Source: a virus. From it: a DNA stretch of 64,000 bases. The notes under the pieces are model-generated. The model did not search any database. It was not told the origin of the DNA and saw only the letters and a list, made by a program, of their open reading frames with translations. Where the stretch lies: positions 3,147-67,146 of the IMG/VR virus record IMGVR_UViG_3300042475_004859; one strand, written 5' to 3'. Positions 1 through 9,653 of the stretch are shown one piece after another. The stretch's first letter is position 1. Every line of letters starts with the position of its first letter. The position numbers were made by a program, and so were the translations under genes.

Positions 1-130
1 GAATTGTGATAACACGGTAACTATGGAAACTTTTAATATAAACAATGCAAGGCTAGTTTCAGAAAATTTTAATTCTGATCTAGAAAGTTCTAACACTGTA
101 ACCTTAAACTATAAATCTTATTTAATATAA
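1..130 (+). CDS. 3' end of a probable structural protein (partial)
   Basis: Open frame from the window edge reading NCDNTVTMETFNINNARLVSENFNSDLESSNTVTLNYKSYLI, TAA at 128-130, next ATG at 132; resembles the end of the first half of 132..902. Confidence 0.6.
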   Translation, partial: NCDNTVTMETFNINNARLVSENFNSDLESSNTVTLNYKSYLI

Positions 131-131
131 T

Positions 132-902
132 ATGAGTGTACAAGCCGCAGGAGTAACAGTATCCATTGACGGAAAAAAAGTTTATGCTAGAAGTGCTAGC
201 GCCAGCTCAACAATGAGTACTGAAGGTGTTAGAACCCTTGGTTTCGCAGTTGCCCAGGGTCAAGTTCCATCAGGTCCACAGGAAACTACCGTAAATGTAG
301 AATATTATATTCAAGGTTCAGATCCTGTTTATAGTATTGGTCAATCAATTGCGGCGAATCCAACCGCCCATAAAGGGATAACCGTGCAAGTTGGTGGGGC
401 TAGTGTTAGTAAAGCACACTTAACTTCTCATAGCGTTACTGCCGAACCGGATGGATTAGTTACTGCTAGCGCATCTTTTGTTAGTTACGAGCCAAGTCAA
501 AATTTAAGTATCGGACAAGGAACTCCAAACTCTCAGCCTAACACTCTCCCCTTTGCCCATGGGCAAGGAAGTACCGTTGGTGGCGGCGCTCAATCAGTAG
601 GTTTTACTTATGAAGCAAATTTTGAATGGGAGCCTATTTTATTAATGGGTGCTGCTGGAAAACCAAATTCTGAAGGTTATATTTTTAATGGGGGAACAGT
701 TTCTTTAACAACTAGAACCGTAGGTGGTGGTGGTAACGTCTCTTATTGCTTATCTGATGGAACGGCTACCGCATCAGCTAATGCGGTTTGTGCTGGTGGT
801 GGTCAAACCTATAGCGTTAAGGGCAAACTAACTAGTGCTGAAGTTAATGCCGAAGTTGGAGGGTTTGCGGAAGGCGGAACTACTGTTACTCAGACTTTAT
901 AA
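132..902 (+). CDS. putative virion structural protein, tail-tube-like beta fold
   Basis: 256 aa, G/S/T/V/A-rich with a beta-strand pattern and two similar halves; GC-richer than neighbours; fold is inferred. Confidence 0.5.
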   Translation: MSVQAAGVTVSIDGKKVYARSASASSTMSTEGVRTLGFAVAQGQVPSGPQETTVNVEYYIQGSDPVYSIGQSIAANPTAHKGITVQVGGASVSKAHLTSHSVTAEPDGLVTASASFVSYEPSQNLSIGQGTPNSQPNTLPFAHGQGSTVGGGAQSVGFTYEANFEWEPILLMGAAGKPNSEGYIFNGGTVSLTTRTVGGGGNVSYCLSDGTATASANAVCAGGGQTYSVKGKLTSAEVNAEVGGFAEGGTTVTQTL

Positions 903-905
903 GTT

Positions 906-3440
906 TTATTTTAAGTCTCTCATATTTTTATATATCTTACAATCTTGCTTTACGATTTCGTCTGCAAAGATAGCATCTGTTCCTTTTATTCGCCCTTTGA
1001 CAATAACAATATCCCCCTCCTCTGGAAATTGTCCGCCATTTTTAGCTTTACAATCTTCAAAAAGATTAAAACGACCATCAAACATTAAGACTGAAACTTT
1101 ACCAGTATCATCTGTAACCGTAGCTTTAAAAAATTTATTACCATTTCTTGATTTTGATTGTCTTGGGGGCTCAACAATTTCCCCAATTAACAATACTCTA
1201 TCATTATCTTCTTTAGTTTCAAAAGCGTCTTTAATAGTAATAAAATTATGGTTACCTTGTTTAAAGATCTCTGTAAGGTTTTGACTATAACTAAAACCCA
1301 AACAATTCTTTTCGTAAAAATAATTAGTGAGAGCCTCATTTCTTGAATTCAATTCAAATATCTGTCTATATGGCATATATTTTTTCTTAAATGTCTCGAA
1401 TCGAGATTCTTTAATTTGTTTTTTTTCAACAAGTAATTGAATAATACTAAGAATATTTTTTACTTCCCCTTCGTCGTGTAGTGTTTTAACAAGACGTTTT
1501 TCTTTATCTGTAAGAAGGTTAAAAGCTTGGGCTTGTAATACTAAATGTGGCCTTGAAGATCCAAGATCATCCAAAGACCCAGCTTGAATTAATGCAGAAA
1601 CGATGCCAATATTTAACCCAGCCTGTTTGGCTGCCATGAAACAATCAATCTTATTATCATATTCCCCACGGAACTTAATAAGTTTTTCAATAGAGCTATC
1701 TGAAACACCTTTAATGGCACTCAAACCATATCTAATATTTTCTCCTTCGACTGTAAATCCTATGTCTGATTTCAATAAGCTTGGCGGAAGCAATTTTATA
1801 TTAAAATGCGGTAGCTCACGCTCTATCTGCCGGATCTCTTCCATCGGATCGGGAAGCTTCTGAATGGCATTAAGACAAGCTGTAAAAAACTGTAGCGGAT
1901 ACTTATACTTGAGATAAACCGTCAAAGCACCAAGGTAAGCCACACAATATGAGTGTGATTTATTGAATGAGTAGTCAGCGGAATCCAACATGACTTTCCA
2001 AATTGCTTCTGCGACCTGTTCGCCAAAATTATTCTTCTCGCAAGTTTCGAAAACCTTGTCTTTCCATTTAGGCATTTCGTCACGTTTCTTTTTACCGATA
2101 ATCCGACGAATGTATTCAGATTCATCTGGAGTAAAGCCAACAGTAACAAGCGCTTGAATTAGTTGTTCTTGGTAAAGGGGAAGGTTGCGTGTTTCTGCAA
2201 ATACTGGCGCAAGTTTTTCATGCGGAGCTTCTCCTGTAAAATTAATATAATCTTTTTCATATGCCAAAGCCCCAGGTCTGGCTATAGCATTTACGTCACT
2301 TAAATGTGCAATATTGGCTGGGCGAATGTTTTTACAAACACGATAAGCGCAATCAGCACTAATTTGATAAAGACCGTAAGGCATTAAATCTTCACGCTGA
2401 AGATGAGTGTAAACTTCTTCATTATCATCCAAATTAATATCTTCAAATTTTTCTGGTATCAATTCAAATACATTTTTAATAATCTCATTACTAATAAGTC
2501 CAAGAAGGTCAAGTTTAATTCCAAACTTAGCTGCCGTATTCATTTCATATGAAATAGTAAGCTCGCCTTCTTTATTGATTTCCACCGGAACAAATTTATC
2601 GAGCGGATAATAAGAAATAAAATATCCACTAGCATGTGTTGACTTACCGCGAATAAGACCACGCAATTTTAAAGCAATTTGATAGGTTTCTGGATAACGA
2701 TCCGCCCAATCACGGAACTTTTCACTATTCTCGTATGAATCTTCAATATCTTCAACAACTCCAAAATGCTTACCAATTGTGTCTGCCAAATGACTAGCGT
2801 CTTCTTCATTGGCTTCATTTACAATTTTATAAACGTCTTTGACAAGAATCTTTCCAGAAAATGTAGACACGGAAGAAATTTTACAAACTTTATTGGGATA
2901 ACATTTTTTAAGCCATTCAATAATTTCGTCACGAACACCACCTAAGTTAATATCAACATCTGGGGCAAGATCACCTTGAATATAAGTAACCCCATCAATC
3001 ACTTCTTTTTTAGCTCGAATCTTAGAAATAAACCGAGTGAAGAAAAGATTTTTATCAACTGGATCAACACCAGTAACCCCGATCAAGTAGAATATTAAAC
3101 TGCCAGCAGCGGAACCACGGCCCCAGTCAATAAAAGCTCCAAGCTGACGAGCCTTGTTAATAACACGCCATACAAGAAGATAATAATCAATAAATCCAAG
3201 ATCTTTTACAATTTCAAATTCCTCTTTAATACGGTCAAGATAAACCGCTTTTTTATTTTCTGGAATCTTATCACGAAATTTTTTCCAACCTTCGTTTACA
3301 AGCTGTTGAAGAAATTGCTCATTATTTTCAGCTTTTTCTGCAAAAATTCCTTTCTCTTCTTTTGTAAAAGAAATGTTAGGTAACCTTACAAGGTTGACGT
3401 TTTTCATTTCAATATTTTTAAATTGTTCTAAAAATTTCAT
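906..3440 (-). CDS. dnaE: DNA polymerase III alpha (DnaE-type) catalytic core lacking the N-terminal PHP domain
   Basis: GRGSAAGSL, PDVDI, STHASG, KLDLLGL, YQEQ, YSFNKSHS, IRYGLSAIKGV and a C-terminal OB fold. Confidence 0.95.
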   Translation of the reverse strand: MKFLEQFKNIEMKNVNLVRLPNISFTKEEKGIFAEKAENNEQFLQQLVNEGWKKFRDKIPENKKAVYLDRIKEEFEIVKDLGFIDYYLLVWRVINKARQLGAFIDWGRGSAAGSLIFYLIGVTGVDPVDKNLFFTRFISKIRAKKEVIDGVTYIQGDLAPDVDINLGGVRDEIIEWLKKCYPNKVCKISSVSTFSGKILVKDVYKIVNEANEEDASHLADTIGKHFGVVEDIEDSYENSEKFRDWADRYPETYQIALKLRGLIRGKSTHASGYFISYYPLDKFVPVEINKEGELTISYEMNTAAKFGIKLDLLGLISNEIIKNVFELIPEKFEDINLDDNEEVYTHLQREDLMPYGLYQISADCAYRVCKNIRPANIAHLSDVNAIARPGALAYEKDYINFTGEAPHEKLAPVFAETRNLPLYQEQLIQALVTVGFTPDESEYIRRIIGKKKRDEMPKWKDKVFETCEKNNFGEQVAEAIWKVMLDSADYSFNKSHSYCVAYLGALTVYLKYKYPLQFFTACLNAIQKLPDPMEEIRQIERELPHFNIKLLPPSLLKSDIGFTVEGENIRYGLSAIKGVSDSSIEKLIKFRGEYDNKIDCFMAAKQAGLNIGIVSALIQAGSLDDLGSSRPHLVLQAQAFNLLTDKEKRLVKTLHDEGEVKNILSIIQLLVEKKQIKESRFETFKKKYMPYRQIFELNSRNEALTNYFYEKNCLGFSYSQNLTEIFKQGNHNFITIKDAFETKEDNDRVLLIGEIVEPPRQSKSRNGNKFFKATVTDDTGKVSVLMFDGRFNLFEDCKAKNGGQFPEEGDIVIVKGRIKGTDAIFADEIVKQDCKIYKNMRDLK

Positions 3441-4069
3441 ATCTCAATAGTCAAAATTTGCTTTTTAAAAATCTCAAGGCATTTTTCATTATCATAAACA
3501 GCATCATGTGCTTTCAAATCATTATATTCAATATCATAAAGTCCACAAAGATGTTTAACAGAAGTCTTTACGCCCTTTTTAACATAATGATACATTTGAT
3601 ATTGCCAAGCTGTTCGATTTTCTGGAATAGTCTTCAATCCCATATATATACCTTTTTGAATGCATTGTATATCTAAAACGCGATCAAGATATGAAAAATC
3701 TGATTTGAGCCCTAGTAATCGGCGTAATGTGTTAATAACATAAACATCAAAACCAAAAAGATTTGCGCCAACAATTAAATATTCCGGATTGTAAAGATAT
3801 CTTTCAAAAAGTTCAAGAACTTCTTTTGGATCCTCAGATCTTTCTTTCCAGTTGTTATAATCAAATCTAGTAATTCGCGCAGCATCAGCAGAAACATTCA
3901 GGTCTTTCCAATAAAGCATATGGTCTTCATTTTTAACAATTTTATGATCTTCATAGACTAACCAAGAAAGTTGCCAAGGTCTTGTCAACGCGAGTGCTAA
4001 AGATTCTGTTTCCGTGTCGAAAACAATATATTTTTGCTTCTTATTAAAACGTAAAAGATTACTCTGCAT
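3437..4069 (-). CDS. DEDDh 3'-5' exonuclease (DnaQ/epsilon-like)
   Basis: VFDTETE (ExoI), GANLFGFD (ExoII), AHDAVYD (ExoIII); likely ATG at 4069; ATGA overlap with the polymerase core gene. Confidence 0.9.
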   Translation of the reverse strand: MQSNLLRFNKKQKYIVFDTETESLALALTRPWQLSWLVYEDHKIVKNEDHMLYWKDLNVSADAARITRFDYNNWKERSEDPKEVLELFERYLYNPEYLIVGANLFGFDVYVINTLRRLLGLKSDFSYLDRVLDIQCIQKGIYMGLKTIPENRTAWQYQMYHYVKKGVKTSVKHLCGLYDIEYNDLKAHDAVYDNEKCLEIFKKQILTIEI

Positions 4070-4811
4070 TTTCTTTCCATGCCTCCATACAAAATTCTTG
4101 ACTACCAAAATGTCTTAATTCTGGTTTTTGAAACGTGCTTCTATTAAGAATACAACGATATGTCATATATGATTTAAAATCTTTGCGGTCACGATAATAA
4201 ATAGTTTTTGATGGTACAATTTCATGATCTTTAATTGTTTCTTGTATATGTTTAATAAGTAATCCGTCAAATGGCAATCCATTATTTTCAATGAAATAAG
4301 TTGGCTCTGTAAAGTCTAGTTCCGGCACGCATTGACGACCATACAAAAGATTATAGTAAACATATGAATCATAAAATGGAATCGCTAAAGCAAGGTTCTT
4401 ACCCCAGTTTTCTTTCAAAGTTTTAAAATCAAGCCTTGGGCGACTACTGTAAATCCCATCCGTAGAAGAAATATTATGCAATTTAATTAAGTCTGTGAAA
4501 GAACTTTTTGTAGCAAATATAATAAACTTGCTTTCAGTAATCTCTGATTCTGGTGTTTTGTTGGCGATGTCCCTACAAACACTTACCCTATAACCAAATC
4601 GTAAATCAAGTTTTGCTTTCTTTGCGTTTTCATAAGCTTCTACTAGTCCAGTTAGAGTATTATCTACAATAAATACTTCAGATAAGTTATAATCATTACA
4701 GATATCAAAAATAGAATCTGGTTGATTATGTAAACGATTTTCTTTTTCTGTAGCTTGGTCTAAAGTCAATACAGAAGTAAGAGAATAATTTGATCTAAAG
4801 ATAGGTAGCAT
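4059..4811 (-). CDS. stand-alone PHP domain of DNA polymerase III alpha
   Basis: IFRSNYSL, VDNTLTGLVEAYENAKKAKLDLRFGY, FIIFAT..FTDLIKL follow the DnaE PHP pattern; the canonical metal-binding His residues appear lost. Confidence 0.8.
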   Translation of the reverse strand: MLPIFRSNYSLTSVLTLDQATEKENRLHNQPDSIFDICNDYNLSEVFIVDNTLTGLVEAYENAKKAKLDLRFGYRVSVCRDIANKTPESEITESKFIIFATKSSFTDLIKLHNISSTDGIYSSRPRLDFKTLKENWGKNLALAIPFYDSYVYYNLLYGRQCVPELDFTEPTYFIENNGLPFDGLLIKHIQETIKDHEIVPSKTIYYRDRKDFKSYMTYRCILNRSTFQKPELRHFGSQEFCMEAWKENAE

Positions 4812-4819
4812 CAAAACAG

Positions 4820-4848
4820 ATAGTATCAGAACTTTTTCTAAAAGTCAA
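4820..4848 (-). promoter_or_regulatory. sigma70-type promoter
   Basis: TTGACT-17 nt-TACTAT, 8 nt before ATG 4811. Confidence 0.6.
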
Positions 4849-5827
4849 AGTCATTATTTGATTTTTTCCAAGCCGGGCAACCGTCATATTTTCTTACTTC
4901 TATTCTATACTCAGGTTTCAAATCTTTATCTTTAAATTCTTCATTTGCAAAAATTGATTTAATAATTTTACCTTCTTTATCTAAGAGGACTTTGTATTCA
5001 AATTCATTTAAATAAGGGCAACGCCATCCGGATTTTGTTTGACACATCCATTTACGACTATACTCACCAGAAGCAAAATTTGAACGAGCTTTTTTATCAT
5101 CAAAGTTTTTTAAATACTCGCTAATATATTCTAAATAATGTTCAAAACCAACTAATTCTTCCTCGCTAAAATGTGGACATTCTCTTTCTGGATCGTCTGG
5201 GTATCTTAAAAATAAAAATCTAACCAAAATATCTTTTTGTTTTTTATATTTTTTTCTAAGAGCTAGTGAGTACATCATACCCTGTAGATTACTTTCTAAC
5301 TCTTCGCCTTTAAAGGCTTTTTTACTCGATTTAAAATCACGAATAATCATTTGCTTTTTATCTTTAAAGATACGATCAACAAACCCGCCAATTCTATATT
5401 TCGGCTGATCACTTGTGATATCGAATTCCCATTCAGAACCAATAAGTTTATAATCTCCAATAAAATCAAATTTTAACCCAACAAGAATCATTTCATCAAT
5501 ACACTTAAGATTGCTTATTTCTTGACCACTCTTCTTTAATGGCGGAACCATCTCGTCTAAATTTAATCCTTCGCGCTTGGCTGCTTTTATAATTAATTTA
5601 AAAATAGCAGGCTCTTTCAGACACGTTTTGTTTTTTACAATTTTTTTAACGTAATGCTCGTGCCTAGGATTGGCTAAGACTTCAAAGATTAAATGTGCTA
5701 CAGTGCCACGCATTGCCCCAGAGTTATTTTTTTGTGGTAGCTTAAGATTATAATTGCAATAATACATCCAAGAACATGATTGTAATGTCTTGATTCTACT
5801 AGCTGATAGTTTTACTAATTCACTCAT
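4838..5827 (-). CDS. PD-(D/E)XK nuclease (RecB/Cas4-like phage exonuclease)
   Basis: LSASRIKTLQSC, RGTVAH, GFVDRI..IRDFKSSK, QGMMYSLA, C-terminal Cys; ATG 5827 overlaps the upstream stop (ATGA). Confidence 0.85.
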   Translation of the reverse strand: MSELVKLSASRIKTLQSCSWMYYCNYNLKLPQKNNSGAMRGTVAHLIFEVLANPRHEHYVKKIVKNKTCLKEPAIFKLIIKAAKREGLNLDEMVPPLKKSGQEISNLKCIDEMILVGLKFDFIGDYKLIGSEWEFDITSDQPKYRIGGFVDRIFKDKKQMIIRDFKSSKKAFKGEELESNLQGMMYSLALRKKYKKQKDILVRFLFLRYPDDPERECPHFSEEELVGFEHYLEYISEYLKNFDDKKARSNFASGEYSRKWMCQTKSGWRCPYLNEFEYKVLLDKEGKIIKSIFANEEFKDKDLKPEYRIEVRKYDGCPAWKKSNNDFDF

Positions 5828-6246
5828 AATGGATATGTTGGATCTACTTGATGACAAGAAATTCCATAAAATTTAAAAATATCTACTGATTTTGTATCTC
5901 TATTATAGATATCTTTAAAAATAACATGCTTAATTCCATAAGCAGCAATATTAGTAGCGCATGCGGAACATGGTAAAAGAGTACAAGCTAAAAGTTTGCC
6001 TTCGCCCATTTTAATTCTAGCAAGGCAGTTACTTTCCGCATGAATCATATATGGTCGTCTCGCGTCACGATTACTCCAAAATTCCTGTGTTACATTGACT
6101 CCAGCAGCAAGACCGTTATAAGCGACAGCCAGAACTTCGTTATGATGTCCTAAAACACAAGCCCCTACTTGTTGATATGGATCTTCTGAACGCTGCATGG
6201 CAATAGCAGCTAAATTCATTGCATGTTGTTCCCAAGTGCTTCTCAT
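5824..6246 (-). CDS. dCMP deaminase
   Basis: RSEDPYQQVGAC, HAESN and PCSAC zinc motifs. Confidence 0.92.
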   Translation of the reverse strand: MRSTWEQHAMNLAAIAMQRSEDPYQQVGACVLGHHNEVLAVAYNGLAAGVNVTQEFWSNRDARRPYMIHAESNCLARIKMGEGKLLACTLLPCSACATNIAAYGIKHVIFKDIYNRDTKSVDIFKFYGISCHQVDPTYPL

Positions 6247-7136
6247 ATATTAGAATACCACTCCTTGTTCTCTTCTATAGTTTGATCCCCAAAATCATTC
6301 TTAAATGGATGATAAATTTGAATTTGGGCGGGGTCAAAAAACTCTACAAACGTTGAGCGTATTTTTGTAGCCGCTTTTTGCCCCGCCCTATTCTCGTCAT
6401 TGTTGGTAGCAATGACGATTTGATCAGGATCAAGGCGAATTATCGCTTTCAATAGGCCTCCACCAGCCTCGGTCCCAAAAGTTATTCCAGTATTTTTAAT
6501 TCCACTTTCCCAGAGCGATAACATGTCCCCGATACTTTCAACGAGAATTAATTGTTTTTTTTCTTTAATATATTGATGATTAAAAATAAATGGATAAGCC
6601 CATTCGTTTTTTCTTCCTATATGCTTCCATTTAATTTTAGATTGTCCTGTTACGTCACGACCAGAAAACCCTTGAATTTTTTTACGTGCGTCAAAAATAG
6701 GAAATACATATCTTTGATACATCTTACCTTCTGTGCATAGCCCACCTTCAAAGATTTTTAAAGTCTCTTCGCTAACCCTTCTTTTATTCCAATATGAATA
6801 ATCTGGTTTTAAATCTACGATATCTTCATTAGAAAAATATTTAGCACTTTTATTAAAAGGATCTTCGGTATCATTATTGAATCCAGTATAATATTTAGCT
6901 TTATCTTCTAAAATTTGCTCGACTTGTTTGATGTCTTTTAATTTTAAAGTCAGCTTCAAAAATTCTTCTAAAGAAAAACTGTGCCCCGTAACGAAATCTT
7001 TAACCATGTTCGTTTGCAAATAAATAGCTACAGATCCAGGGTCATCACCACCACGATAGCGAGCAGTACAAGTAAGATAACTACCATAGTTCCTAGGATT
7101 ACACCCAGCATCTTTTAAAAGTTCTAAAAGTCTCAT
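6243..7136 (-). CDS. dnaG: DNA primase (TOPRIM)
   Basis: RYVFPIFD..IQGFSGRD, LVESIGDMLSL, ATNND; adjacent to the helicase. Confidence 0.85.
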   Translation of the reverse strand: MRLLELLKDAGCNPRNYGSYLTCTARYRGGDDPGSVAIYLQTNMVKDFVTGHSFSLEEFLKLTLKLKDIKQVEQILEDKAKYYTGFNNDTEDPFNKSAKYFSNEDIVDLKPDYSYWNKRRVSEETLKIFEGGLCTEGKMYQRYVFPIFDARKKIQGFSGRDVTGQSKIKWKHIGRKNEWAYPFIFNHQYIKEKKQLILVESIGDMLSLWESGIKNTGITFGTEAGGGLLKAIIRLDPDQIVIATNNDENRAGQKAATKIRSTFVEFFDPAQIQIYHPFKNDFGDQTIEENKEWYSNI

Positions 7137-8605
7137 ATGATTTCTTCTTGAGCCTGATTATTTTCACGGTCAAAGATGTTCACATTAACACCATTTTGGT
7201 GGTTTACAATATCTTGTAAAGTACCCTTTTCTTCTACATTAAAATTATCCACATTAAATGAAATAAAATTTTTACGATATTGGGCCCGACCATTTTCAAT
7301 AACACGGACAAGATCATTATGACCATGAGCATGTTGACCTTGATAACGAGATGCAAGTTCAATCATCTTATGAGTACCAAACTGGGCGCCATCTTCGGCC
7401 TGTTCTTCAAGAGTCTTACGTCTAAAAATTCCAACATAAGCAGCAAACCATTGAAGGCGATCTGATTGAGCAATAGCGCTAGAATCATCAGCCCCATTTT
7501 CAGCGCTACGATTCAATTGACAGGCCGTTAAAATAGGAATATTCATACGAACAGAAAGTTCTTTAAGACGATCTACTTTATCACCGATAAGTTGATACTC
7601 CTGTTTACCTTTTTCTATTTCTCCTGTTAGTTTAATATAGTCATAAACAACAATAGCGGGATTGCCACGCCCGACTTGGCCAAGATACCAACGCTGAATA
7701 ATTGATTCAATTTCTGCGATTGGTTTTCCGGCAACCTGTAAATGTTTAACTTTGCCTTGCGCTTTAGCAAGTTCAGATTTTTTACTATTCCATTTAGCAA
7801 GAAGTTCTTTATTGTTTCTGAACTGTCCTGTTTCAAGCCACCACATTGGAATGCCAGTAATGCTACTAGCAATACGAAAACGAATTACGTTTGTTTGCAT
7901 TTCGGTATCCAAAATAAGAGCCTGCATGTTTGGATTAACCAGCGTTGCTTTTGAACAAATATCGCTAAGAATAGTTGATTTACCATGTTTTGGACGACTC
8001 ACCCATGCGTAAAGCTCTCCTGGCCTCAACCCTCCATACATTTTATTAAAAAGTTTATATGGGGTAAGATATCCTGTTTCTGTAATAGGATTATTAGCTC
8101 TTTCTTCAACCATCTTTTCGATGTCTTGGAAAAGATCTTCGGGATTAGATTCTAAATCATAAGCGGTAATCTTATCATTGTACATCTTATCTGCAAATGA
8201 AATAATTTCGTCTGGAGACTTATCCCCAGAGTTCTCCATGGACTCTGCGATAAGAGATGCTGTTTCCGCAATCTCACGGCGGATAGTGATTGTTTTTAAA
8301 TTTTTACAAGCATCAATCAGTGATTTTTGGCTAATCTTTAAAAACGCAATGCTCTCAAGATAGTCAAAAATATTAAAATCTTGTTTAAAGTTAATTCCTA
8401 GGTTTTTAATTTTCTCCCCAAGGATTACTGGGTCAAGTGGCTGACTCTTCATTATCTGACCTTTAATCACACTAAAAATAGTTTTATGACCATTCGAAAA
8501 ATCATTCTCATTGATAAAGTGAGAAACTTCAAAGTATACCTGTGGGTATTTAAGAAAACCAGCGAGAACGTGTTTTTCTATTTGTACACTACGAATAGAA
8601 TTCAT
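7133..8605 (-). CDS. dnaB: replicative DNA helicase, DnaB family
   Basis: IEKHVLA N-terminus, SRPKHGKS Walker A, DTEM, VYDYIKL, CQLNR. Confidence 0.92.
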   Translation of the reverse strand: MNSIRSVQIEKHVLAGFLKYPQVYFEVSHFINENDFSNGHKTIFSVIKGQIMKSQPLDPVILGEKIKNLGINFKQDFNIFDYLESIAFLKISQKSLIDACKNLKTITIRREIAETASLIAESMENSGDKSPDEIISFADKMYNDKITAYDLESNPEDLFQDIEKMVEERANNPITETGYLTPYKLFNKMYGGLRPGELYAWVSRPKHGKSTILSDICSKATLVNPNMQALILDTEMQTNVIRFRIASSITGIPMWWLETGQFRNNKELLAKWNSKKSELAKAQGKVKHLQVAGKPIAEIESIIQRWYLGQVGRGNPAIVVYDYIKLTGEIEKGKQEYQLIGDKVDRLKELSVRMNIPILTACQLNRSAENGADDSSAIAQSDRLQWFAAYVGIFRRKTLEEQAEDGAQFGTHKMIELASRYQGQHAHGHNDLVRVIENGRAQYRKNFISFNVDNFNVEEKGTLQDIVNHQNGVNVNIFDRENNQAQEEII

Positions 8606-8606
8606 A

Positions 8607-9203
8607 TTAAATTTTATCTTTAATTACCGCATTAAAAGCTTTTTCAGCAAACTCTCTCATATTTTCCTGTTTATTTTCGTCAGTAAAAGTTGGCCAAATT
8701 ATTTTATAATCCGCGCTATTTTGGATAATTGAATCATTGATTGATTCGTCCATATTTGCTGGTGGTACTATTTCACCATTAATTGCAATTCTTTGCAAGT
8801 GAATAAGAATATTCTTTTCCTTAGCTTTTAACCAGCTAACTTCATCCTGCTCGTACTGTTGATAACGAACATCTGGGATAATACATACATCTGGTTGAAA
8901 CTTGTCAACTCTTTCATCTAAAAGATTAGTCCAATATTTTCCTTCTGTTTGTTGACGTTTTACTTTTCCGTACCAAACTAAAAATTCACGAAAGGTTGCT
9001 TTTTCTTCATTGTTATCAGTAAAGACATTCAACCCAAGATATTTTTTAATAAAATCTTTACAATCTTCTTTAAGAGGCTGGGCTAAAGAAGTTCTATAAA
9101 TTGTTAAACCTTTAGAGGCTCTAATAAGATTTTCTATTTCAAGTGCCAAACTATCTTTTCCAGATCGGGCGACACCAGCTATCCCAATATGTAATACGCT
9201 CAT
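8607..9203 (-). CDS. deoxynucleoside monophosphate kinase
   Basis: IGIAGVARSGKDS, LAQPLKE, REFLVWYG, IPDVRY..E; ATG 9203 fits the upstream promoter. Confidence 0.85.
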   Translation of the reverse strand: MSVLHIGIAGVARSGKDSLALEIENLIRASKGLTIYRTSLAQPLKEDCKDFIKKYLGLNVFTDNNEEKATFREFLVWYGKVKRQQTEGKYWTNLLDERVDKFQPDVCIIPDVRYQQYEQDEVSWLKAKEKNILIHLQRIAINGEIVPPANMDESINDSIIQNSADYKIIWPTFTDENKQENMREFAEKAFNAVIKDKI

Positions 9204-9209
9204 ATACAC

Positions 9210-9238
9210 ATGATAGTCTAACTTATTTTGATATTCAA
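9210..9238 (-). promoter_or_regulatory. sigma70-type promoter, probably leaderless mRNA
   Basis: TTGAAT-17 nt-TATCAT, 6 nt before ATG 9203. Confidence 0.6.
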
Positions 9239-9239
9239 G

Positions 9240-9653
9240 CTAAATTTCTATATCAAATTTTTCTTTTATCCATTCTGGTGTTAATAAATGAATTTCATTT
9301 TCAAAAACCTCGATTACTCGAAAACCGTTCATCTCTAACCATGAATATTTTTGCAAATCTCTTTTAACACTATTCTTAAAACCTGTTTTGGTTCTATGGA
9401 AGTGCTTAACGAATTTATCATGTTGCATCCCATGAGTTTCTACTGCAACTTTTTTTGTAAAATTAATAAGATCACATTTCATTCTTGTTCCAAAAACTGG
9501 AAATTCTTCAACGACAACATGAGCATACCAAAATGTTTCTAGAAATTTTTTAACATTAAATTGTACTTTGCTTTTACAAGGCTTGTTCCAATCTACCAAA
9601 AAACGATTGATTGTTTTATTAACTTCTTTACCAAAAATATTTTTAAATTTCAT
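9240..9653 (-). CDS. putative Vsr/DUF559-like endonuclease
   Basis: EEFPV..CD..VAVETHGMQH..RDLQKYSWLEMNGFRVIEV pattern. Confidence 0.7.
   Translation of the reverse strand: MKFKNIFGKEVNKTINRFLVDWNKPCKSKVQFNVKKFLETFWYAHVVVEEFPVFGTRMKCDLINFTKKVAVETHGMQHDKFVKHFHRTKTGFKNSVKRDLQKYSWLEMNGFRVIEVFENEIHLLTPEWIKEKFDIEI

Noticed and set aside
835-1284. Antisense ORFs over dnaE and other enzymes (e.g. 835..1284, 15501..15878, 17754..18143)
   Set aside because: Shadow ORFs opposite well-supported genes, with no recognisable motifs
4838-5827. Cas4-like nuclease as evidence of a CRISPR-Cas system
   Set aside because: No other cas genes or array; such nucleases are common in phage replication modules
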